Below are positions 1-9,130 of a DNA stretch of 64,000 nt, piece after piece; positions within the stretch are counted from its first letter, which is position 1; each line of letters starts with the position of its first letter. The notes under the pieces are model-generated. The model had not been told where the DNA came from. It worked only from the letters and a program-made list of their open reading frames with translations, and made no database searches. This stretch comes from a plasmid. Both the position numbers and the translations under genes were made by a program. The DNA lies in sequence record NZ_CP040186.1. One strand, written 5' to 3'.

Positions 1-561
1 CTTGAAACCGAAGAAGTCTATGACGTTCTGAAAATGCAGGCACTGGCCTCCGAACTGTCGGACCATGCCTGCAGAGAGCGAATTATCGCACTGCGGATCG
101 GGGGTAACGACCTGATGAACGTGGTCTCTCTGCGACGGCCACGGGATCTGACTCTTTATGACACGCCAATGGGCTATGTCATTAAAATGCTTGTCTCGGT
201 ATTTGCCCCCCGTGATTTTGCGCTGACGGCTCCCGTATGCGAGCACATTGATGACCACGGGATTATGGCGCGTGAACTGGCGATGGATATCGCACACGGG
301 CTGGTGGGGAAAACGGCAATTCACCCGGATCAGATCAGTGTGATTGAGGGAGCGCTGAAGGTATCTCCTGGCGAACATTCTGACGCATTGAGAATTCTGA
401 ACTCCACACAGGCGGTCTTTAAATCTCAGGGAGCGATGTGCGAACCGGCGACACACCGGCGGTGGGCTCATGGGATCCTGGCCCGGGGTCAGGTATACGG
501 ACTGACGACAGGACAGAACACGGACGGGATGAGGTTAATCCCGTTCTCTCAGCAGCAATAA
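1..561 (+). CDS. HpcH/HpaI aldolase / citrate-lyase beta (CitE)-like protein, 5' end outside window
   Basis: Frame is open from nt 1 with no stop before listed ORF 34..561. GKTAIHPDQI matches the CitE/HpcH G-K-x-x-I-H-P-x-Q active-site motif. This family recurs in ter (tellurite resistance) accessory clusters. Confidence 0.55.
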   Translation, partial: LETEEVYDVLKMQALASELSDHACRERIIALRIGGNDLMNVVSLRRPRDLTLYDTPMGYVIKMLVSVFAPRDFALTAPVCEHIDDHGIMARELAMDIAHGLVGKTAIHPDQISVIEGALKVSPGEHSDALRILNSTQAVFKSQGAMCEPATHRRWAHGILARGQVYGLTTGQNTDGMRLIPFSQQQ

Positions 562-570
562 GGGAAGAAC

Positions 571-1794
571 ATGGGATTTAGATTCAGGAAGTCGATAAAC
601 ATCATTCCCGGCGTCAGGATAAATCTGAGCAATGGAGCCCCCAGCCTGAGTGTTGGACCCCAGGGGGCGTCACTGTCTTTTGGTAAGCGCGGGACATATG
701 CCAATCTGGGGCTGCCGGGCACCGGACTGAGTTATCGTACCCGAATTGACCGGACAGTACGGGAGCGTCAGAACAGCAGAACCCAGTCTAATCCGGGACT
801 GAGGGAAGCGCTGGAGCCGGAAGTGGAAAGGCTGATGACCGCAATAACGGCTATTACCAATATTCATGAGCTTTCCCCTTCACCCGTTGACGGTAACACC
901 TGGGCATCGCTTGAATCACATTATCTTCAGCTCCACCAGAGGACGTTCGATCGGCCCGCGCCCGTTCGTCCTTCCAAACCTGAATACAGCCCTCTCCCAT
1001 CCGCACCAGATGAACGTTACGGTCGAGGTTTTCTGGGGGGATGGTTCGAAACCGATGCGGCTCGCACTGAACGACAGAATGAGAACCAGCGACAGTGGCA
1101 ACTGGAAGTGGCGGACGTTGAGCGCGAAAACACACGGCTTAAACAACGGTATGAGAAACAACGTATAGCCTGGGCTGAGCAGTATGCAAACTGGCAGTTT
1201 GAAGCTCAGGAACATGAAAAAAACTCTGCTCTTACTGTTAGCGTTGCACGCGAGCAGTTCCGTTCGGATGCCCGTTTCTTTGAAGACTGCCTGGCAGAGG
1301 TGCTCTCACAAACGGAATGGCCGCGAGAAACGCTTGTGACGTTTGAAGTCAGGCCTGACGAGTCAATGGTCTGGCTTGATATTGATTTACCTGAGATTGA
1401 GGATATGCCTGATAAGGTATATTCCGTCAATGCAAGGGGAACGGATATCACTGAAAAAACGATGACACAGAAAGCAGTCCGGGAGAGTTATGCAAGACAC
1501 GTCCACGGTTGCCTGATGCGATTAGCGGCTATCGTATTTCAGACGCTTCCGTTTGAAACCGTCGTGCTTTCCGGCTTTACTCAGCGGATCAGCAAACAAA
1601 CGGGTTACCTTGAGGATGAGTACATTCTTTCCTGCCGTATAGACCGCCAAAATATGGAAAAAATTAACTACACGAACCTTGAAGACGTGGACCCGATAGC
1701 AGTACTGAGTGTTCAGACGCTTGTCCGGAAAATGAGCGCCACTTTCCTGTTTCAGGCCATCGATCCTTTTACGATAAATGCAGGCACCAGCTGA
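571..1794 (+). CDS. DUF4236-domain protein (N-terminal MGFRFRKSINIIPGVRINLS... signature), C-terminal coiled-coil region
   Basis: N-terminus matches the conserved DUF4236 start (MGFRFRKS-I-PG-R-NLS...G-S-S-G..G). Long ORF with RBS-like GGGAAG upstream. Function unknown. Confidence 0.5.
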   Translation: MGFRFRKSINIIPGVRINLSNGAPSLSVGPQGASLSFGKRGTYANLGLPGTGLSYRTRIDRTVRERQNSRTQSNPGLREALEPEVERLMTAITAITNIHELSPSPVDGNTWASLESHYLQLHQRTFDRPAPVRPSKPEYSPLPSAPDERYGRGFLGGWFETDAARTERQNENQRQWQLEVADVERENTRLKQRYEKQRIAWAEQYANWQFEAQEHEKNSALTVSVAREQFRSDARFFEDCLAEVLSQTEWPRETLVTFEVRPDESMVWLDIDLPEIEDMPDKVYSVNARGTDITEKTMTQKAVRESYARHVHGCLMRLAAIVFQTLPFETVVLSGFTQRISKQTGYLEDEYILSCRIDRQNMEKINYTNLEDVDPIAVLSVQTLVRKMSATFLFQAIDPFTINAGTS

Positions 1795-1796
1795 CT

Positions 1797-2270
1797 ATGC
1801 AACTAAATACCCGACAGGAACGAATTTATACTCTGGCAAACTTACTGGGTACGGGAAAGCCTGTTTCTGCGGTAAAAATCATCAGCATTCTTGACTGTTC
1901 GGAACCTACCCTCAGTCGCGCCCTGAAGGAGATTCGGGAGTCCTATGCGGCGGAAATCAAATACAGTAAAGCCAGCCATTCCTATCAGTTAATTTGTCCC
2001 GGCCAGCTCGATAAAAAAACATTGCGACGGATGAATGAAGCACTCACTCAAAATGCAGAACTGAAAGCGCAGGATATTTCGACAAAGGTGGTACTGGATA
2101 AAGATCTGAAGACGACCGTTTCTTTATCCATTCGACGCCGGGTACTCCGAAAAATTGACAAACTGGCGGAACTTACCGGCACGTCCCGAAGTGAGGCGGT
2201 AGAGACCCTCGCTGAAATGAAGGTCGAGGACTTTATTAAGGCAGTTCAGTTGAAAAATAAACCAGAATAA
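1797..2270 (+). CDS. HTH/RHH transcriptional regulator, TerW-like (ter cluster regulator)
   Basis: 157 aa. N-terminal HTH-like segment and C-terminal RHH/CopG-like segment (TVSLSIRRRVLRKIDKLAELTGTSRSEAVETLA). Starts 3 nt after the upstream stop, so likely co-transcribed. Size and position match TerW of ter clusters, but the call is by context. Confidence 0.4.
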   Translation: MQLNTRQERIYTLANLLGTGKPVSAVKIISILDCSEPTLSRALKEIRESYAAEIKYSKASHSYQLICPGQLDKKTLRRMNEALTQNAELKAQDISTKVVLDKDLKTTVSLSIRRRVLRKIDKLAELTGTSRSEAVETLAEMKVEDFIKAVQLKNKPE

Positions 2271-2590
2271 AAACATTCCCGGCAGAAAATCAATCTGGGG
2301 CTACCTGGAGAATGGGCCCCCTATATCAGAACTGGTTTAATCGACCTCCCTGGGATCACAGTCAGAAATTCTTTGCGTCTTCTTTACATCGCAGTGCAGC
2401 GTAAGCTCGACTTATTTACCGATCGAGGGGGGCTGAACAGACCCAACGTTATCTTCATCAAATCATATCATTTGGACGTTAACTATCAGATTTAGGGCTG
2501 GTATTCGTGATATACAAAAGCCTATAGTCAGAGAAAAAGCGGCCAGATGTGCCACTGTTCCCCCATTATTTACCGCAAGGAACATTGTTA

Positions 2591-3229
2591 ATGAGAAGAC
2601 TCCCCGTTTACCTGTTACTTGATACATCAGGTTCAATGCATGGTGAACCCATTGAGGCTGTTAAAAATGGCGTTCAGACACTGCTAACCACGTTAAAGCA
2701 GGACCCCTATGCTTTAGAAACGGCGTTTGTGTCGGTTATTACTTTCAATTCCTCAGCACACCAGGCCGTTCCTCTGACGGATCTGCTTAGTTTCAACCTG
2801 CCCTCTTTGACCGCGAGCGGAACCACAGCGCTGGGCGAAGCCTTATCTCTGATTGCGAATCGTATTGACTCAGAAGTCATGAAAACAACAGCAGATACAA
2901 AAGGTGACTGGCGACCGTTGGTGTTCCTGATGACTGATGGCGCTCCGACAGACGACTGGCGAAAAGGCCTTAACGATTTTAAAGCAGCAAGGAAAGGCAT
3001 CGTGGTAGCCTGCGCGGCGGGCCATGACGCGGACACGGGTGTGCTGAAAGAGATTACAGAAATCGTCCTTCAACTGGATACTGCTGACAGCTCTTCTATC
3101 AAAGCGTTCTTCAAATGGGTATCGGCGAGTGTTTCTGTAGGAAGTCAGAAAGTTGACGCGGGTAAGAAAGAGGTTATCGGTCTTGATGATTTACCTCCAC
3201 CACCGCCAGAAGTGAACGTGGTTTTATAA
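2591..3229 (+). CDS. terY: TerY, von Willebrand factor A (vWA) domain protein, paralog 1
   Basis: Likely ATG at 2591 (MRRLPVYLLLDTSGSM). DTSGSM is a MIDAS D-x-S-x-S motif. C-terminal PPPPPE tail is shared with the next two paralogs. Confidence 0.75.
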   Translation: MRRLPVYLLLDTSGSMHGEPIEAVKNGVQTLLTTLKQDPYALETAFVSVITFNSSAHQAVPLTDLLSFNLPSLTASGTTALGEALSLIANRIDSEVMKTTADTKGDWRPLVFLMTDGAPTDDWRKGLNDFKAARKGIVVACAAGHDADTGVLKEITEIVLQLDTADSSSIKAFFKWVSASVSVGSQKVDAGKKEVIGLDDLPPPPPEVNVVL

Positions 3230-3253
3230 GATACTAATTTTAGGGGAGAGCCC

Positions 3254-3895
3254 ATGACAGTCAGCTTACGAAAAGGGCAAGGCGTTAGCCTGCGTAAAAA
3301 TGAGTTTGATCTTTCTTCGGTCACTATCGGTCTTGGCTGGGATATTAATGAAGAAAAAAAAGGTCTTCTCGGCGGGCTTTTCGGCAAAAAAGAGGAAGAG
3401 TATGACCTTGATGTCATCGCCTTCCTTTGCAACAACGAGGGAAAGGTTACTGATCTCGGAAATGTTGAAAACGGTAAACCCACGCTGGTTAATGGCGATA
3501 TTGTCTTCTTTAACAGTCTTCGCCATAAATCTGGGCAAATCTGGTTGACCGGCGATAACCGGACAGGGGCCGGAGACGGAGACGATGAGCAAATAATTGC
3601 AAAACTAAATAGCCTCGACCCGAAGTATGAAAAAATTGTATTCATTGTTCAAATCTACAACGGCGAAAAATTACAGCAGCACTTCGGTAAAGTACAGAAT
3701 GCATTTATCCGGGCGGTGGATGGAAGAAATGTCGAAATGGCCCGGTTCGACCTTTCAGGAGGCGCATCCTTTACCGGTCAGCGATCGATGGTCTTTGCAG
3801 AACTCGTTCGGGAACCAACCGGCTGGAAACTGAATGCGATCGGTGAGCCGTCAACCTCAGATTCCTTCGTCAGCCATCTGAGGAATTTTATCTAA
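3254..3895 (+). CDS. terX: TerX, TerD-family (TerD domain) stress protein
   Basis: TerD-domain hallmarks: GLGWD, the calcium-binding motif GDNRTGAGDGDDE, 213 aa. SD-like GGGGAGAG upstream. Confidence 0.75.
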   Translation: MTVSLRKGQGVSLRKNEFDLSSVTIGLGWDINEEKKGLLGGLFGKKEEEYDLDVIAFLCNNEGKVTDLGNVENGKPTLVNGDIVFFNSLRHKSGQIWLTGDNRTGAGDGDDEQIIAKLNSLDPKYEKIVFIVQIYNGEKLQQHFGKVQNAFIRAVDGRNVEMARFDLSGGASFTGQRSMVFAELVREPTGWKLNAIGEPSTSDSFVSHLRNFI

Positions 3896-4534
3896 ATGCG
3901 CAGACTACCTGTTTATCTGCTCATCGACACTTCGGGTTCGATGCGTGGCGAATCAATACATTCAGTGAATGTCGGTGTTCAGGCGATGCTGAGTGCCCTG
4001 CGACAGGACCCCTATGCCCTGGAAAGTGTCCATATCTCTATCATCACCTTTGATAATGAAGCACGGGAATATGTCCCTCTGACGGCACTGGCTGATTTTC
4101 AGTTTGTGGATATTCAGGTGCCCAGTGCGGGTGGGACATTTACGGGAGCTGCACTGGAGTGCCTGATGAGTTGTGTGGACCGGGACATTCACCGGTCCGA
4201 TGGTGAGCAAAAAGGTGACTGGCGACCGCTGGTCTTCCTGATGACCGATGGTACGCCTTCTGATGCATGGGCTTATGGTGAAGCCGTTAAAGAGGTTCAT
4301 CACCGTTCATTTGGTTCCATCATCGCCTGTGCTGTTGGTCCTAAAGCTGGGCATGAGCATCTTAAGCAACTGACTGACAAAGTTGTGGCACTGGAGACAC
4401 TGGATTCGACAGCCTTTTCAGGCTTTTTCAAATGGGTCAGCGCAAGTGTGGCATCAGGAAGTTCGAGTGCGGGGGTCAATACCTCCTCAGACACGCTTCC
4501 CCCTCCTCCACCTGAAATACAGCTGGTCCTTTAA
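3896..4534 (+). CDS. terY: TerY vWA-domain protein, paralog 2
   Basis: MRRLPVYLLIDTSGSM MIDAS motif. Start overlaps the terX stop (TAAATG). Paralogous to 2591..3229. Confidence 0.75.
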   Translation: MRRLPVYLLIDTSGSMRGESIHSVNVGVQAMLSALRQDPYALESVHISIITFDNEAREYVPLTALADFQFVDIQVPSAGGTFTGAALECLMSCVDRDIHRSDGEQKGDWRPLVFLMTDGTPSDAWAYGEAVKEVHHRSFGSIIACAVGPKAGHEHLKQLTDKVVALETLDSTAFSGFFKWVSASVASGSSSAGVNTSSDTLPPPPPEIQLVL

Positions 4535-4628
4535 GTCCTTACCGGTATGGCAGGAGGACAACCTTGCCATACATCCTTTCAGTCCATCTAAGAAGTGGAC
4601 GTAATTTATGGCGTGATGGGAGTTTCTT

Positions 4629-5669
4629 ATGAGACGGCTTCCCGTATTCTTTGTTCTGGACTGTTCAGAGTCCATGATTGGTGAAAATCTGAAAAGGATG
4701 AATGATGGCTTACAGATGATCGTTAACGATCTGCGTAAGGACCCCCATGCACTCGAAATGGCCTGGATTTCGGTTATTGCATTTGCTGGTGTCGCCAGAA
4801 CTATTGTTCCTCTCCATGATATTGTGTCTTTTTATCCCCCTCGCCTTCCTGTTGGAGGAGGAACAAGCCTTGGGGCTGCGTTACGGGAACTTACGATACA
4901 AATAGATTCTCAGGTGCGTAAAACCAACCTTGAAGAAAAAGGGGACTGGAAACCTGTGGTTTACCTGCTCACCGATGGACGTCCTACCGATGATATTTCG
5001 GGTGAAGTAAAACGCTGGAATGATTATTACGCGAAAAAAGTGAACCTGATCGCGGTAGGTATGGGGAATTCGGTAGACCTTGGTGTGCTTCGCCAACTGA
5101 CTGAAAACGTTTTACTGTTTACGGAAAGCCAGGACGGAGATTTCACGCGTTTCATACAGTGGATCACTGCTTCCGTCACGGCCCACAGCAGAAGCGTAGG
5201 AGAAGATACTCAACCGCCACTGAAACAGACCGACTATATCGTCAAACTCGCCAAAGATGAAATCACCAGAGCTTACGATGGTAACTGCGTGGTTCTGACC
5301 GGACGTTGCAGCAAAACACGTCGACCCTATCTTATGAAGTATGAACGGCCACCGGCTAAGGTATCAGGGCTTGCCTTTGACCTAAACCTGAACACCTTCA
5401 ATATTACAGGCTGCTATCCGATCGATGAAGACTACTTCTCATGGTCGGATATGGCCGCATCTGGCGTTCAGGTTAATACCAGTGAACTCCATGGCGTTCC
5501 TGGATGCCCGCATTGTGGAAACAGTAGCGCTTTCGCGATGTGCAGCTGTGGGAAGCTTCTTTGTATCGATGGTCCGGATGATGTTATCCGCCCATGGTGC
5601 GAGAAAGGACAGTCCTTTCAGGACGACGGTGGTCATTCCGATTTCAACGTTAGCAGAGGACGCGGCTGA
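4629..5669 (+). CDS. TerY-like vWA-domain protein with C-terminal zinc ribbon, paralog 3 (TerY-P triad component)
   Basis: MRRLPVFFVLDCSESM MIDAS motif. C-terminal CPHCGN...CSCGKLLC...CEKG cysteine cluster reads as a zinc ribbon. Stop overlaps the start of the next gene (TGATG). Confidence 0.7.
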   Translation: MRRLPVFFVLDCSESMIGENLKRMNDGLQMIVNDLRKDPHALEMAWISVIAFAGVARTIVPLHDIVSFYPPRLPVGGGTSLGAALRELTIQIDSQVRKTNLEEKGDWKPVVYLLTDGRPTDDISGEVKRWNDYYAKKVNLIAVGMGNSVDLGVLRQLTENVLLFTESQDGDFTRFIQWITASVTAHSRSVGEDTQPPLKQTDYIVKLAKDEITRAYDGNCVVLTGRCSKTRRPYLMKYERPPAKVSGLAFDLNLNTFNITGCYPIDEDYFSWSDMAASGVQVNTSELHGVPGCPHCGNSSAFAMCSCGKLLCIDGPDDVIRPWCEKGQSFQDDGGHSDFNVSRGRG

Positions 5670-7435
5670 TGAGCGAATTGAGTACGCTGGAGCATAAAAT
5701 TGTCTCTCTTATTCTGGAAGAGTCAGCGGGAAAATCAGAACCTGAGGTCGCACTACAACTAAGCAACGACCCGGCCATTTGCAAGCTTATAAATGATTTA
5801 AGAGGCTGTGTGATAAACTTGGGGACCGGGGTAGCGTTATCTGACTCCAATGCTCATAAAGAGGTTGACGCCGCATACGTCAGCGAGCAGGTAAGCAGCT
5901 TAGTTCCATTCAGTGATGAACAATCCCCATCTCCCCTTCAGAACGATGTAAACCAAGACCACGAACATGATGCACAAATGGATGTTGTACAAATCAACCC
6001 AGAACCATCCAGGCATGAGATGAATGAACCTCCCGGACATGAGAATGCTGACACGACTAATCAGCAATCTTCAGTGCAGGCAGAATCAGCGATTGCTGAA
6101 GCACAACCGGCTTTGTCAACTGCATCAGAAGCAGAGATGTCGGGCATTACAGATAGTGACGATACATCGGAAACAGCTGAATCTCACAGTCAGTCTGAGG
6201 CGATCTTACTCAGACCAGGGGAAATACCCCACAAAAAGACTGAGGAGCGTTCTCCTGCCATCCAGAAAGCACCTGACGTGTCCATTATTCTTGCAAATGC
6301 CAGGGTCGGTGAATCTTTTGATGCACTGGTAGATATCATTACTGACAGTGGCGTTACGGCAGAAGTGACCGATATTCACTTTCCCCAGGATATCGGTCTG
6401 CTCTTTTGTAAAAACGAGAAGCGCCTAAAAGGAACACCAGCATTCAGCGGAAACTTTGATATGACAGTTAAATGGTCATGTCCCTCATATCCGGATAATG
6501 AAAAAAAGTTACTTTTTGTTGTCAATCCCGACCCAAAAAGCCTCTGGAAAGTGATTGATCCCCCTACCGACACTCCTTTTTTCAAAAAGAGTATCGATCA
6601 TCGGAATATCACCTCTCCAACTGTAAATATCGTTGCTGCAAGTCGACGTGGACGTTCCCATGAACATGCAGGTACCTTCCGCGACGATGATTTTTATATC
6701 AATGTCAGTGATGAATCCGGATGGAACGTGTTGCTGGTGGCAGACGGAGCAGGTAGTGCCCGATTTTCTCGTGAAGGCTCACGCATTGTGGCTGACACCG
6801 TTGGTAATTACCTTTTCAGCCAACTAAAAGCAGAAAAGGGTCATGAAATCAAAGACAGAGTGCTGCGCTGGAACAGCGAAGATCAGCGGGCTGTATGGGA
6901 TTTCATGAATCACCATTTCAGGCAAGCTGCGTTACTGGCTGTGCATAACATCAGCAGTGCAGCAATCATGGCCCAGGACAAAGTAAAGTCATTCTCAACA
7001 ACTTTGCTGGCGACCGTCACTTTTCGTGAGGGCTCTGAACTGTTTGCTGCGTCCTTCTGGCTTGGCGATGGCGCTATTGCTGCATATGGACCGGTCGGAA
7101 AGGTCAGGGTCCTGGGAGCCCCCGATAGTGGAGAATATGCCGGACAGACACGATTCCTTGACGCTGAGGCCGTCAGTGACACTGGATTCAGTAAACGCAT
7201 CAGTATAGGTAAGTGGAATGATGTCTCTCACCTTGTTCTGATGACTGATGGTGTATCCGACCCGTGGTTTGAGACAGACAACGGACTACAGAATCCGACG
7301 AAATGGGACACGTTAATGACAGAGCTGAATCCCCTTCTCTCTGTTCCTGATCTGGCCTCATCGCAGCTGGTGGAGTGGTTAAACTTTTTCTCCCCGGGTA
7401 ATCATGATGATCGGACAATCGTTGTTCTCTGGTGA
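5669..7435 (+). CDS. PP2C-family Ser/Thr protein phosphatase (TerY-P triad phosphatase) with acidic low-complexity N-terminal linker
   Basis: PP2C motifs VLLVADGAGSARF and LVLMTDGVSD. Residues 90-230 are acidic and S/T/E/D-rich low complexity. Translationally coupled to the upstream vWA gene. Confidence 0.7.
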   Translation: MSELSTLEHKIVSLILEESAGKSEPEVALQLSNDPAICKLINDLRGCVINLGTGVALSDSNAHKEVDAAYVSEQVSSLVPFSDEQSPSPLQNDVNQDHEHDAQMDVVQINPEPSRHEMNEPPGHENADTTNQQSSVQAESAIAEAQPALSTASEAEMSGITDSDDTSETAESHSQSEAILLRPGEIPHKKTEERSPAIQKAPDVSIILANARVGESFDALVDIITDSGVTAEVTDIHFPQDIGLLFCKNEKRLKGTPAFSGNFDMTVKWSCPSYPDNEKKLLFVVNPDPKSLWKVIDPPTDTPFFKKSIDHRNITSPTVNIVAASRRGRSHEHAGTFRDDDFYINVSDESGWNVLLVADGAGSARFSREGSRIVADTVGNYLFSQLKAEKGHEIKDRVLRWNSEDQRAVWDFMNHHFRQAALLAVHNISSAAIMAQDKVKSFSTTLLATVTFREGSELFAASFWLGDGAIAAYGPVGKVRVLGAPDSGEYAGQTRFLDAEAVSDTGFSKRISIGKWNDVSHLVLMTDGVSDPWFETDNGLQNPTKWDTLMTELNPLLSVPDLASSQLVEWLNFFSPGNHDDRTIVVLW

Positions 7436-7462
7436 GCTTAATGGGACCACAGGTGGGTATTC

Positions 7463-8962
7463 ATGGCAAATATTGTTACATGTAAAACTAAGGATGGAAA
7501 AACCATTCAGTATGTCGATGAAGTCATCGGCTCAGGCTCAATGAAGGATGTATATTTTTCTCCAGATAAATCGTACGTTGTGGCCTTCTATCATAAGCCT
7601 CAGAACGATCAGGCCCGCGAACGTATTAATATGATAACGGGCAGATACCGGCAAAATATTTTCGAACAATCAGGAGGAGATTACTGGAAAGGTCTTTTTT
7701 GCTGGCCTACAGATGTTGTCGAGCACGGCGACAAGGTGGGGATTGTGGTGCCCTCCTATCAGCAGCACTTTTTTTTCCGGTATGGCTCCAAAAATAACGA
7801 TTTTCTCGGGATCAAAGGACGGGAAAAAGAAGGAAAATGGTTCGCCAGCGCCAACAATCAGAATAAGTTCCTCGATCCTCGTGAACGGGGCAATACTCTC
7901 AACTACCTCAAAGTTTGCTTACTGTTAACCCGGGCAGTCAGACGGATGCATGCTGCAGGACTGTGCCACAGTGACCTGAGCTATAAGAATGTCCTGATAG
8001 ACCCTGAACTGGGCCATGCGTGCATCATCGATGTTGACGGGTTGGTTGTACCTGGCAAATACCCCCCTGACGTGGTTGGCACACCAGATTTTATTGCCCC
8101 GGAAGTGGTGACAACAAGCCATCTGCCAAAAGATGACGCTAAGCGTGTACTGCCAAGCATAGCCACCGACCGGCATGCGCTTTCAGTACTGATTTATATG
8201 TATCTGCTTTTTCGTCATCCCTTACGGGGTGGAAAGATCCACGACATGGACGATGAGGTGCGGGATGAATCCCTTGCTATGGGGGAAAAGGCTCTGTTCA
8301 TCGAACATCCGACAGACCACAGCAACGGGGTTAAACTCAGCCAGGTCTCCTCATTTTCTCTTCCCTGGGCCGATCCTCAGAAAATCCCTTACACCGTCCT
8401 GGGACCTTATTTAACACCGCTATTCGACCGGGCATTTATTGACGGGCTGCATGATCCGTCAAAACGGCCGACAGCGGATGAATGGGAAACGGCCCTGGTA
8501 AAAACGGTCGATTTAGTTCAGCCTTGCCAGAATGATGCCTGTGAGCAGAAGTGGTACGTTTTTTCCGGCAAAACGAAACCGGCGTGTCCTTACTGTGGAA
8601 CGCCATACAAAGGTAAGCTTCCGATCCTGAATCTGTATTCATCCAGAAAAGCAGGGTCTTTCAGGCCTGATGACCACCGGCTAATGGTCTGGAGCGGGCA
8701 GTCTGTATATGCCTGGCATGTTAACCGGCTGGTTGCACCCAATGAAAGAACAACAGCTGACCAGAAAAAACGAGTGGGGTATTTCGTTTTCCATAATGAC
8801 CAGTGGTGGCTTGTAAACGAGGGAATACATGGGTTGATGTCTCTACCCGACCGCAGAGTGATAGCCATTGGTGATAAGCTCCGTCTGGATGACAACGCTC
8901 AGTTTATTCTTTCTGCTGAGGAAGGCGGGCGATTGGTGGTGGTTCAGCTTTTGGATAATTAG
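7463..8962 (+). CDS. Hanks-type Ser/Thr protein kinase with C-terminal zinc ribbon (TerY-P triad kinase)
   Basis: Catalytic loop HSDLSYKNVLID (HRD-like). DVDG in place of DFG. GTPDFIAPEV (APE motif). CQNDACEQ...CPYCG zinc ribbon. Confidence 0.7.
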   Translation: MANIVTCKTKDGKTIQYVDEVIGSGSMKDVYFSPDKSYVVAFYHKPQNDQARERINMITGRYRQNIFEQSGGDYWKGLFCWPTDVVEHGDKVGIVVPSYQQHFFFRYGSKNNDFLGIKGREKEGKWFASANNQNKFLDPRERGNTLNYLKVCLLLTRAVRRMHAAGLCHSDLSYKNVLIDPELGHACIIDVDGLVVPGKYPPDVVGTPDFIAPEVVTTSHLPKDDAKRVLPSIATDRHALSVLIYMYLLFRHPLRGGKIHDMDDEVRDESLAMGEKALFIEHPTDHSNGVKLSQVSSFSLPWADPQKIPYTVLGPYLTPLFDRAFIDGLHDPSKRPTADEWETALVKTVDLVQPCQNDACEQKWYVFSGKTKPACPYCGTPYKGKLPILNLYSSRKAGSFRPDDHRLMVWSGQSVYAWHVNRLVAPNERTTADQKKRVGYFVFHNDQWWLVNEGIHGLMSLPDRRVIAIGDKLRLDDNAQFILSAEEGGRLVVVQLLDN

Positions 8963-9011
8963 ATACGGTTTCTCTGTTTAATCCTGACCATTGATATCAT
9001 AACGTCAATAT

Positions 9012-9036
9012 GAGCCCACCTTTAGGTGGGCCATAA
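9012..9036 (+). terminator. possible stem-loop terminator after kinase gene (GAGCCCACCT-TT-AGGTGGGCC)
   Basis: Perfect 9-bp inverted repeat just after the kinase stop. No clear T-tract, so weak. Confidence 0.25.
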
Positions 9037-9130
9037 ATATCGCAGCCGAAACGGAATAATTGCGGCTATAAGGTTTTACTTCAGTGACGAATAAACCTGA
9101 TGACTCATTCTAAAATGTAAAGAGCATATT

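Noticed and set aside
3145-3645. 166-aa reverse-strand ORF and other antisense ORFs inside terX/terY (2707..3036, 3266..3592, 3962..4303)
   Set aside because: They overlap genes with clear vWA/TerD motifs on the + strand. The translations lack any domain signal.
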